Assembly (NCBI GenBank): GCA_002633005.1
Contig: NMRA01000148.1
Location: 124,001-188,000 of the forward strand
Reading direction: 5' to 3'
From: Phoronis australis
Lineage: Eukaryota; Animalia; Phoronida
DNA: 64,000 nt
The notes under the pieces are model-generated. The model was not told the DNA's origin. It saw only the letters and a program-made list of their open reading frames with translations, and searched no databases. The first letter of the stretch is position 1, and each line of letters opens with the position of its first letter. Below, piece after piece: positions 1 to 13,000 of this stretch. The position numbers were made by a program, and so were the translations under genes.

Positions 1-1048
1 GCAGACTGTAGCATTAAGTAAAATTGTCATCAAACAAAAGATTATTTTACAACTTTCAAAAATTAGCCTCAGTAAGAAAACGTGAAGATTAAAGTATTCA
101 CCCAGTGGTTGTCAATAGTGAAATGTGTGTTAGATAGTTTTATTATGCCCTGTACGTCCACAGCTATTATTCTGTCACTACACAGTCTCATGTGCAATGG
201 CAGAATCTTATTTAAATTCAAAACCAGATTTCGTTATTTTCTCGCATTTTAGAGTGCACACTGTCGTCAAACGCGTGTTAAATTTAGAACGCATGAAATC
301 CAAGATGGTTTGTATGAACGTCATTTGTATCTAAATGAATCATTGTAATTGATTGTTCGGTAAAACCCTTGTTAACTTTACCACAGCTTGACTCGACCTA
401 GTTATACCAGTTTGTTGATAGAGTGACTAAATTAAAGTATATTACATGAAAAAGGCGCACACCGTTTGTGTTGTTCCATACTTGAGTGGTTCTGTTGATA
501 GTTTACCATTTTATTTCAACAGAGCTTTTGTTCCTTGATTGAGCAGTACAATAATTCTAGAATCTGTTATTGGTCATTTTGAGGGCAATCGCCTTTTTAG
601 AGATTACAAGATACTCTTGAAGTTAAATGATGAGGGATAAAAGAAAATATTTAATTTGATTTGTTTTGACTTACGAGAGGGCTATTTCATGACATTTGTT
701 CTCCCATTATGAACAAAAAATGTTACTGTCGTATTCATCTCTACCAAAAGAAGTTTCTAGTGCATGTGCACTAGAGCGAAGCAATCAAAATTTTATGCAA
801 TCAGCTTATAGAAAAAAACAAATCGACCTATTGTGCTTTTGCTTATATTAGAGGGGCAAACATATATTTGTCTTGAATATAATTTTCTAACTCATGTTAG
901 AATTATTACAGGGAGTTCTTGGTGTAGTTGTACCCAGGGCAAATGCTGGATTACATATTGAAATACAACGTTGATATTACGTGTTGGGCATATGTCACAT
1001 GTTCTCCTCAGTTTCCATGGTAACATATTCACTATTGCTGTCCCTCAG

Positions 1049-4000
1049 GTGCACATTTTCCACCAATGAGGCGTGTCTCAAATGGTACAAGTTCCTGCTT
1101 TCCCAATTACTGCCGCCGGTCAAGCTGACCGACACATTTGCCTTTGCCTTCAACGCATGGTGCCGACAGACTGACCAAGAGACTACGGCCATCGGTCATC
1201 AATTGGCCAGGGGTGAGTGCAGCAGTTAAGAAGTTTACTTTAAGGTGGCGTAGCAGAAATTTCATTTTGTTAAATATCACTACGAAGTTATAGCGTTTTT
1301 GAATATTTGCCAATTTTAGGGATTAATTCTGTATGAAGAGTTTTTACCATAGTCAACTGTACAAGAGTAGTTTATGGGAACCTCGGAATGTCATGCTTCA
1401 TGGATATGCAGTTTAGGTTTTTGGTGGTGTAGAGATGCTTATTTCTGAGAAATACGGAAAAGTCATCAGATCAAAAATGGTAGAAATGAAACTATAATAT
1501 TAAACCTGGAACATGCAAAAAGCCATGAAGTTGCTTTGAGCTTAAACATGGGCTGTTCCACTGAGCAAGGTGTTCCTTCACCCTGGCGTTAATGTGTGTT
1601 ATGAGATGAGTGCTCTGATTGGTGACTCAGCACGATCTGAACCAATCATTTCTGCCGGCTCTTGGTTCATGCGTGGTTATGGGCAGACATCAAGGCACTT
1701 TTATTACTATCCCTATTGCAGCTATACAAATTTACCGAACGGGGGGTGAAGGTCATGGACCCCTATCTTGATCCGGGTTTGGCTTGTAGCAATGGCTAAA
1801 TGTTTTTGTTTACTCTGCACGCTTTCTTTCACAATGCCTATTAAGTATCATACACACGTGTGTATTTAGGCCCATGTGCCTAGTATTTAGGCCCATGTGC
1901 CTATTGAGGCCTGCGTGTCCATGTACGCCTATGTGCCTGCAGCCTATATATGCATAGTCGCATTGACAGCACAAGCTGAAAGTGTTCAGACAAATGACCC
2001 AGAATTCCCTGTCATGATGGCTGGGCAGAAGCTGAATTCACCATCAGAGTAGTCTCCCCTGATGGCTGAGAATGAAGGGGAATTAAAGAAGAAAGTTAGT
2101 AAGGTGGCTAAGGTGTTTTGTTATTAAAATTTTACTGCCCTTATAGTTATTACCAGTCATTTTTGCTGTAAACAGAGGTTGTTATGACAGGTTAACGGTA
2201 TTTTTATCTGTGTACTATTGTCTTGTACTGTATATGAGGAATTTGGTGCAATTTAAAACACTTGAGTAAAACTGAGGAACACAATTTTTAAAATAACGTT
2301 TAAATAAATGTTGACTCATCTGTTACAAAATGGCAGACATTGATGTGTATTCTGTGTATTCTGTTCATTACTGTACTTATGAAAAGAATTACGACTGGGC
2401 AAAATGACAGGCAAAACGCCCAGTTCTAGAATTGCACATAAACAAGGGATATGTATCTGTGCCTGCAACTGAAGCACAGGTCCACGTATCTTCATGCAAA
2501 ATTGTCTGAAAACCCGTACTATTTATTCTTTTGGATGTAGGCGCATGGGCCTTAATAGGTGTTTATATGATATGAATGTGAGACGGTATCACTCACTGCA
2601 TTCTAAATTTCTTTGTTACAAAAACTCAGCACGCACCAAAAGTAATGCAGACAAAGGGACCTGGAATTTCCCTTCAGAGCGCAAGCAATTTTCCTTGTCG
2701 TGGTATCACTCTGTCATGATCGGAATGATGGGGAGAGAGTTTTAGCAAGTTTACAAAGTGCCAATGCCTTTCTGGTGATTTTGCCCGAGTGATGAGTATG
2801 CGGACTGTCATTTTGATTTTAAACAGAATCAGTCATTATGACGCGGAAATGACTTTTTGTCTGATTACTTTTCGCATGTACTTTACAAATGAATCGGCAA
2901 GATGTCATCTGCAACTGTCACAACCGCTGTTTCCAAGTGTACCAATGGATTTATGACTCCATTTATTTCACGATCACGTTTTGCGGAGATTTTCTAATAC
3001 TTGAATCTAGCTCGTACAGTGCCGTTTGAATGGAGAGCCTAGTAGAGATTGTTAGACATATGGTGTTTATGGTAGTAATGTAGAAATTTTAGAAAGACTG
3101 ATGAAAAAGAGTGAAGTTTATTTTGTGAACTGATAATGCTGAACCTTCATTAGTTTTGAGGTAAATAAGGTGAGCAGCTCAGGTGGGCTTAGAGAAATGT
3201 AGTGAGAAGTGGACATCTTCAGTGTGATTCAGAATTATCAGCATTAAATTTAGACAATGTTTTGATGATTGATGGTCATGCACTGAAGTAAGCAGTGTTA
3301 TTAAATGATATGCGAAGATAAAAAGATTATTGATTTTTTTTAGCTATATTCAACATGTGTTGTTTCCCCAACAGTATATCATATATAACATGTCTTTTGA
3401 AGCAGTTCTATAATGAATGGTATTAGTAATTATAATAGGTCTGTAATATTAAATGCATTTACTTCACCATTGCACCTATGTCTGTTTTTCAATGGAAGTT
3501 TTTCCAAAGTGTTTGGCATGCATTAGGTTCGTTTGCCTGAGGATTTTGATAACTGTAAAACCTCCCAGTACATTCGTCTTGAGTCTCAAAAATGTCAGGG
3601 ACTCATCTAGGATTTGAAATGTAGGGATCCAAATTCATGAGATTGGCACTTCTCTTATGCGGGTATTTCATATGAGGTCACGCTTACGTCACAGGACAGG
3701 GAGGTATTTCTCCCCTGAAAAACATGGATGCCAGAATTTTCCCATCCTCCTTGTGACATTTACGGTATAAGTAAACGGTAATAGATGTCATCTTAATTTG
3801 TGTCTGAATTTTATCAAATTAAAATAATGAATTGTAGGCTTCACAAAATGCTGAATTTAAAGTTTTAATTCTTGGGTTAGCCATCATTTTTGTCGAGGTC
3901 TTGAAACATGCCGTCGTTTTCTGTCTTGGCCGTGCTGTCCCAAGTGGTCATTTTTACGACTGTCCTTTCCAATGACGGCCACAACAGCCACTAGATGAGT

Positions 4001-7000
4001 CTCTGTGTCTAATCCTGGACATTGTTGCAACTTGGATAGTTGCACATGGGTCTAAATACGCACATATACAGTAGAGAATATTGGTATGCCAGTTGCCTTT
4101 TCTAAATTTTAAAGTTTGCATATTCTTCAGGCGGCGAGAGGAAGTACACATTTGGCCGAGAAGTAGATCGAATGAGATTCAACTTGAAGAGAGAGTGGCG
4201 AATATGCTATGTCAACGAAAAGTTCAGGTGAGCAGCAGTCAGTCACCTTTGGCGGGGTTCATTTTAAAAACATATAAATCATGGGGTAATAGTCACTTGC
4301 AGGTGTTCCACATTTTGAGAACCAGTTTTCTCCACTGAATGACAAGTCGTCGAACTGGTTCTCAAATGCGGGACCACTATAAGTGGCCACTGCCAATCGT
4401 GCTATGCGTTAGTTTGCCCAAAGAACCTGAAATGTGTTTGTAAATTCAGTAAATAAATTTGGTCATTGCAATGCGTAACCAGAATTGGTTTTTGTCGTTC
4501 ACTGTTTTGTATTTGGCTCAGTTTAAATTAAAACTGATTGTTTAGATTTGATGGTAACTATGGTAGACCATGAATGGAAAAGCATTACTCAATGCTACAT
4601 GACTTTCACGGAAAAATGAGGAAATGAATCATCTTGTCCTTCATATTGTGTGCTGTGAGATTTTACTTTATGGAGAATGTATTAAAGGTTGAAATTAGGC
4701 CACGTTATCAGCTTATATAGACTAATATACATGTATCAGATAAAATCAGGGGTATTTTTGGAATAGATTGTCATAAATATTGATACGGCGGTTATCTGTG
4801 AAAATGTTTTTGTGGCTCTCATATTAAATAAAATTCACTTCCATTGGTAATTCTGATTGTCTTTGTGTTTTATTCAAGTAAGTAGACTTTGACTATAAGT
4901 GTTTTCATGTTATGAGTATGTTAGGTTATGACAGAGCGGTAAATACTTTAAAATAAACTCTACAGGCCTTCTGTTTTGAGAAAATATGTGCTTTTAATGG
5001 GAGTTAAAACCTTGAGCTTTATATAATATTTGTTGGTTGAGTACGCAGACTTGTGCTACATAACCTTATAACATACGGTAATTGCTGGCTGGAAAGACTC
5101 CTCCGGGCTCCTCTCCTACCTGCGTGTAATTGAATGCTAACGTACAGCTTCGTCATTACTTTAATGTGTGATTAAAATAGCTGCCACTCTTCTATAATAC
5201 GCTCTGTAAGAAGCTTAATGTTTGAATAAGTCCAATTTGTGGTTATTACACTTTTAACTTCATGTGACTGTGGATATGAAGCGAGTATTTACTGTTAGTT
5301 TTCAGAAACAAAGTTGACAAAAATCAACTAGCTTTGTTGAAATTATGGCGAAAACCCAAAAGAAAATCGGGTAAAAATAATGTTTGGAAGTGTTTGAAAA
5401 GTAGCCAAAAATTTTTGCTTTGAAATTTTTATGATTTTCGTCAAGAAGAATTTTTTCAACTATTTTTCAAAACTGTCGTATGTCTGTCCTTGCAGAGTTT
5501 GTTCATCTTATCCCGAATTGCATATTGTACCATCTGCGATCACGGACGAGAATATTGAAGGTGTGGCCAGCTTCAGGTCATCGGGTCGTTTCCCGTCAGT
5601 TGTATGGAGGTGGGTCTGTCTGTCTGTCTGTTTGTCCTTACTCTTAGTCATACACCAAGTTTCACTAAACTTTGCTGGAGACTTGACTAAAATTTGCTCC
5701 TACAGTCACATCGTCTGAAAAATTAGAAAAATTTCTTGTGATTCACCAATTTTCTAGTAGAATCTGGAGCTAAGTTGGATGGTGACAGGCCCTAGATTTG
5801 TGATCACTAAATTTTGCGCAAAACTTGTTTCGATACTTGCTCAGTCATCTTGCCTAACATCACCATAAACCCGAAGTTTGCCATGTGATTGGTCAACTTT
5901 CAAATTGAGTCTCAATTACAATTTGGTAATATCCTTTTTATAAAAGCATTCTGCCATTTTAAGATAATTCAATAGATGCAAGGTGATGTATTCTTGGTGT
6001 TGAATGATTCGCTTTCACAGGGTCATTCACCTTGACCTCATGACTTTTCCGGGGATGTGGCATAGCAATTATCCAATATAGCAATTATCCAAATAAGGGT
6101 TCTCTTATTTTTGAATCATCGCATCCTGTGTGAGCTGTGAGGTTGTTGACATTTTATATAATCATTGCTTTGAATCGTCCAGTTGTCTGATGTTTGCAAA
6201 TTTATGAGTCAATTACTGGACTTCATGTTGCGGTGACTTACTGATCGTCTGGGCTCAAATGAAATGTCGCCGTATGCAGCATGCACTATCTGCTCGGTAA
6301 ATTAGCTGAATTTATCTCCAGTGTTACAAGCGTCCATTAATGGCATGGTGGAGAAGCGGGCAGACAATAATGTTGTCGAATAGATATGATTTGTTCAGAT
6401 GAAGTAATGTGTCATTGATTTAGCTGTTACTCAAGTCTGGACCCATCATCATGATGAAGCCTGTATCATCCCTGGTATTTATATTGAAATATGCTTTGGT
6501 GGTAAGGCATGCGTTATAATAAAATTTGTTTCCTCTCATGCACTTGACAGAAAGCACATGTAAATAAAACTTTCTATTCGCAATCTGTCAAATAATTGTT
6601 TTTTGCGATTTTCTAAACCAAGTGTATTGGTAATAAGATTGAGCGCTCAGTGACATTGAAATGTGGAATAAATAAAATAATACCTACATGTTAGGAGGAG
6701 TAAGAGTCAGGCAAGAGGAAACCAAATATTTTAGGATGGTGTAATGTGTTTGTTATCCATATTGCAGGAACCAACGGAATGGAGTAATCATAGCACGGTG
6801 TAGTCAGCCAGAGATTGGATGGCTTGGCTGGCGTAAGTTAGAAGACGAAAAGCTGGTGTGGGAAATTGCAAAGGCCTGTACCCTTAATGGTATGTTTGCT
6901 GTTTGTATGGTTTCATGGTGATGGAAGTAAATCAGTCTGGTCTATCAAAATTAATCGACCTAATCAATCATTTTTAATTTCTATAATAAATACCATGGTT

Positions 7001-10000
7001 CCATTGCACAAAAATCAAAATAAAAATGCTTAATGCAAGGTGCTTAATTATGCATATTTGCCTGATCAAGTTGAATTACATTTCCATTTGGTATAGTTTC
7101 ATTTACTTATGATAGAGGTCTCTATCAGCTGGAAGTCCATTGAGTGCGTGCTGTTTTAGTTGCTAGTGTATAAGTAACAATTAAAATAAAAGTGGTTCTA
7201 GTCCTCTAAGGATTGAAAAAGCATCTGCTGTTGCATTTGTCTTCTTCAGTTAAAAGTCTGTGACTTGAACAGTGAAAGCGTGTGCACAGCATTATTTTAG
7301 ACAGAATGCTTTCACATCCACAAAACTATTAATGTACCAAATAAAGCAATCACAATTTTGTGAAATTACTATTTTGACTGAAGATGCGAAGTGTTGACGT
7401 ACCTCGTACATAACGCACAGATATGCCCGAGGAGATGGCTGGTTAGATGGAGGGGAAATACTCAGTTTCATTTATTCAAGAATTATTTTATTTATCATTA
7501 CTAGGCGAAAATGTAAATTCTTAAGCATAGCCTGGTGGTTATTTGGTGAATTAAATGTCTCAAAATCATGATCCAGAAAAGAAAACTAACTCACTTACCA
7601 AAATATGCATGAATGTGGCAAAAAGCACAGCTGAGCCAAATCAATTTATTGCATTCATTTGTTAGTTGTTAATGGTTTGTTGTTGCAACGGAATTTGACT
7701 GTTTGGGCAACTCTTCACCTTGTAAGCCCATATTCTGGACAGGTGGACAAGTGGAATTTAATTTTGTAAAATTTCCTAACCGGAATAGACGTTGAGAACA
7801 ATTTATTTTATTATAAGCTTATTTGGACTGTACAGCTGTACTAAAGCAACACCTCGTTAAAAGTTGATTGTTTATTGTGAAACACAAAAATGGCAATTTT
7901 GGCCATTAATTTCATGTGAGACGAATGGAGATTTATGGTCAATTTTTGTCATGACTGTTTGTAGGTCAGAAAGGTAATGCAGTGTGCAAGACATTGATCG
8001 TGGACGCCCGATCTTACGCAGCAGCGGTGGCCAATCGGGCGAAAGGAGGCGGGGTGGAGTGTGCAGAGTATTACGACAACTGTGAGGTCAGGTTCATGAA
8101 CCTGGCCAACATCCATTCCATTCGAAAAAGTTTCCACGGCTTGCGCAACCTGTTGCTGATTGGTCAGGACCAGAGCAGGTTGGTGGGGCTAAAACCGTAT
8201 TGTGTCAGGTGATGGTTAGGTTAGTGTTACAGTTTATGTTAATGGTGATGATTATTTCAGGGTACATTTTTTTCGTAAAAAATGGCAAGGAAGACCACTG
8301 TTAGTGAGGATCAAGTCATTGTTGATCAATGTTGACTAAGCTCATCAATAATATTGATTGGAATTTACTTGCAAATTAGAGTGCATTGAAAAAATGGTTT
8401 TGACAGACATGGAAGACAATTATGGTAATACTTTAAGTGTAAACACCATTGTTTTGGTTGCTTAGCTACCTCCCTTTAACTATAAAAATGAGCATCAGCA
8501 TGTTGTTACACAGTAGTTTTGTGGTGTGAATGGTGTACTATCAGTTTGTACGTGTTTGAAATGTTGAAATGTGGTGAAGTGGCCCCTCCATGTATTGTAC
8601 ATGACTTGTAATTACTGCACATGTAAACGGAGTGTGACCTGTTTAATATTCCAATATTTGTTATTTTGGCAACATGCACATTCTGTTTCAATTTGTCCAC
8701 GTGCTTGATGGATTCTTTCTTTAAAAAATAATAAATAATCAAATAATTGATGGAATCAAAGTTAAGTATTCTCATTTTGTGTACTCTAAACGAGTTCCGC
8801 CAAAGGTCATACCGCCTTTACATGGATCTGCTGGAAGCCACAAGACTCTCAATTTTCTGTTCAATGTCGTCAGTCTTCTTCATCTCAACGTGGCAACCGT
8901 TGGTTACTTTCTGAAGTTGACGTAATCATGTCTTTGTGGGGAGAAGGGGAGGTCCTTGCCATTTTGGTATCACGGACTAAAACAATAAGGCGTACGAACC
9001 TATACAGGTCCAGTGAGATAAATTAATTAATATATATAGCTCATTGTACAGACCAAGGTCATATTGGTGCCTCCTTGTGATAACTTCGCTGTGCTATAAC
9101 TCCGAAGTTGATGTGAACACTCACGCTCAACTTCAGGGTAAACCACACTTAACATCAATGTTTCGATTGTAGTGAAATTAACTGTATGGGAAAGCACCTT
9201 TCAACTGGGAGCTGAGGAAAAATCTGTATACTCTTTATCCACAGCATGTCAAACTGTATATTTGGTATTTTTAGCAAAATGAGTTTTTGGATATTAAGTT
9301 TATATTCCAATGTTTTATAAAATGATTGACTTTAGGTATCCGAGTTTTCGTTCCACAATTATGGATGAAATGTTTATTTTTTTAATACAAACAGGTATTA
9401 CAAATAACAGTCTCTTTACTTATTGGACAACATAATAACTTGCTTATTTCTCGTTTCTTTTAGTTGGCTGTCAGCCCTTGAGGGAACTAAGTGGTTACAA
9501 CATATCAGTGGTCTGCTGCGATCTGCTGTGCTCATCACCCACGCCAACAATGTGGCTGGTCAACCGGTCATCATTCACTGCTCGGATGGCTGGGACCGCA
9601 CCTCTCAACTGTCAGCCCTGGCACAGCTCATGCTGGATCCTTTTTATCGCACCTTTGAGGTGATGTGTTCAAAATTGCAAACAATGACTATAGATCCTCA
9701 CAATTGAGTCTGGACATTTTCCCTGCTGGGTGTTAAGTAACTGGTATCTGCCATGAAGACAGTTAGAGAGGCCACCTAGTCACCTCATTTTCGAAGGTTT
9801 GGTCAATCCTGTTGAAAACTGGGGACTTTTGACACTCTTGTCAATGCAGTGAATCCGAGTGTATGAATTTGGTTTGTGTAATATGCAAAGTTTTAAGACA
9901 TAGTGTGATGTTTATGGGCCATGAAGGAGGAAGATAGTTTTCCCAGGACATGGCAAAGATTTCATGAAAGACTATTTAAACATGACAGACTTTTGTTGGG

Positions 10001-13000
10001 AGGGAGTAGTAGTGTGTTTAAGAGTTAGCTTGCAAAAGCCAATAAACACTACCTCCATTTGGAAATGACATTTATTGCAGTTTGCAAACAAAGTTTGACA
10101 TTAAGTTTATCGTTTTTTGCCTACAAACTGTTGATAGGTAGGGAGATAGTTATACTAGCAGTAAGACAAGTGAGCATTTGAACAAGTTGACCGAGAGCCA
10201 CTTGGTAGTCTGAAGGTCATGTTATCCTAACTGAATCGTGTCTTTCTGTTCTCAGGGCTTTCAAGTTCTAGTTGAGAAGGAGTGGTTGGAGTTTGGTCAC
10301 AAGTTTGCTGACCGCTGTGGACATGGCAAGGGCTCTGTTGATCCCAATGAGCGTTGTCCAGTCTTTCTACAATGGCTAGACTGTGTCTATCAGCTGCTGA
10401 CGCAATACCCATGCGCGTTTGAGTTTAACATGGCATACTTGGTTAGTATATGCTTAGTTTTCTCGGCGGCTTTAAGTCCCTAAATCAACATTGTTGTTAT
10501 GAACCAACTTTTTGCCACATTTGAAATTGTTAGGAACATCTTTTTGTCGATTTTGGTGTCTAGTTAGGAATTATTGTCAAACTCAAAAAACAGTGCTTTT
10601 GTGTAGGAAAAGAACAAGACAGTGTTGCATTTGAGGTAAATTGCTGGTCAAAATGTTTTGCACTGTTCTGATCACTGTTGATTCAAAATATTCTTGGGTA
10701 GTTTTACATGCTGAACTTATTAACTTGTTAACCATTTCAGTCATGTTTGTTATCAGGTGTCCAAGCCAGTAACATTGTCAATTAGTTCATAACAAATAAA
10801 CACTCATGGAATACTCTTCTGATAAGCCCATACCTATTTTTCATGTCACACCTACTCATTATTGATGTCTTATCCACTGATTGACAATGTCATACTGGTT
10901 GATAGACTTGATTGATGCTGTCATACACACTGTCTTATTTGTTCCCAGTAACTGGTTGCACCAGCATAGTGTTCCACTCAAGGGAATGTTGGTTTTTGTT
11001 TTTTATCGCTTTGTGGTACTTGCCCTTCAAACAGGTGAAGCTGGCTAGCCACACATATTCCTGCCTGTTTGGGACGTTTCTGTGCAACAATGTGAAGGAG
11101 AGAGAGGAACACTCCATCGACAAGACGACATGCTCAGTGTGGGCACTGCTCAACCGAGACAATGACAAGTTTAGGAACTACACGTACAAGCAAGACAATG
11201 AGGTAAGATGGTTCTCTTATTTCTTCTATTTCCGTTGCTCTCTCTTTGGCTGTAGATCAGGTGCTTGAGTGAACTAAACGGCGTTTTAACAAAAGTTTTG
11301 TAACATTTGGAAGACAGAAAATTATCAGTAATATGGTTTGGAAGTAACAATTATGATTTGTTGACGGTGTGCTTCAAACTTGTTATCAATTAGAACCAAT
11401 TTCGTGCTTCTTGAGTGATGTGGTACAAAAACTAAGATTGACCCGTCAATTTGTATCAGGTGACCTTTTAGTCCAAGAGGCTGAGAAGGCTTAAGCTGTT
11501 TTTTTTTTATTGCATTCTGCGATGCATCCATGTCACTATGTTAAATATTAATAACATACAAGAAGTGACTGGGGAAATAGGTCACTGTTTGTGAATTATA
11601 ATTAAACATGCTTTGTTCTGTCACACAGTGAGTAGATAAAAAAACTATGCATATTGTAGGTTCTACTGCCTCACTGTGATCTTATTCACTTGAAATTCTG
11701 GTCATCGTTCTACCTGGGCCTCCAGACAGAGGCAGCCACAGTCGAAAATGGAGTAGAGGTGACTGTGGAAAAGCACGCTGGCAATAGCCTGCCTGTTTCT
11801 AAGTCTTTCAATGCTATCGCCAGTTTGAATGCCCATCAAAAAGCGACTAGCGCCAGCGTTCCGGATCTCCTTGATCCAAACTGTATGATGAATGGGGCTT
11901 GTGACAAAGCTGAAGGTTGCCATGGAGATGATAGTGAACAAGAAGCTGCAGCTGGAAAAGTTACAAAAAATGACAATTGTGCTTCTCCTTTGATGGAGGA
12001 GCAAATAAACAACTGTGATGAACTCAACAGTGCTTTCAAGGACACCAACATTCATGAAAATGGTATAGGTCACGTTGACAGGACACTGGGAGAGGATAAT
12101 GACTCTTGCGGTGGCGATGAAAAAGCTTTGAGTGAGTGTACGTTTAAGAATTCGACGGACACTTTAGTGAGCGAGTCTTGCCTGAGTTGCGCTGAGCTGC
12201 CTGCGGAATTGTCCAGGAGTTCTAGTGAGAATATAAGGAGTCTGGCTGCTAGCGCCACCGTTGGAGCTTGTGAAAACGTGAACGGGGTTGAGGTGACGGT
12301 GAACGGGGGTGTTAACGCGCACATTCCTATTTGTAACGGGCACTGTCAATGCTCTAGGAGTAGCAAGATGGATGGCTACTATTACGATGATGATTATTCA
12401 CCTTTGGTAGATGTAAGTATCAGTCATTTTTGTTTATGTACACTACTGTAATGAGCTGCTTGTCTTGACAGATTCTAAGCCATTCACTGCGCATGAAGAC
12501 ATTTTATTTTCAATTGTTGTTAAGTTTTCTTAATCCAATGACATTTAGTTAGGCTAGAAACCTACTTTCAGTCAAAAACGAACATTTTGCTATGACTGTG
12601 TGCGGTAAATAAACCTGGGCTCAACTTGGTTGCTTCCTCCCATTAAAAGTGGTTGCTGGGTTTGCGGATAGGTCATGCTATGTGCATAAAATGTTGTTTG
12701 AAACTGTGGTGTATTTTCAGCCGAGTTCTACTGGAACCAGCTGTGCGTTGTGTTTGGACGAAGACGGATTGTCGGCGTACGTTGACCCGGTACAACAGAG
12801 TCTAAAGCACCTGGTGTCTAATTATCGGGCCAGAATTGAGGGTCTTCTGAGGCAATTGGAACAGGCAAGGAGATACAATCAGCAGGCAGGGTTCACCTGT
12901 AGCCCGAGAAGGCCGTGTGACTTTGATGAAAATGTAGGTGGTTAAGTTTCATCTATTTAGGATGCAATATGGCGAACAAGTGATATTTTTTCCCAACTTT

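Noticed and set aside
11702-12349. Several antisense ORFs over the large MTMR exon (and similar ones over PEPCK exons)
   Set aside because: Shadow ORFs of real coding sequence on the opposite strand.
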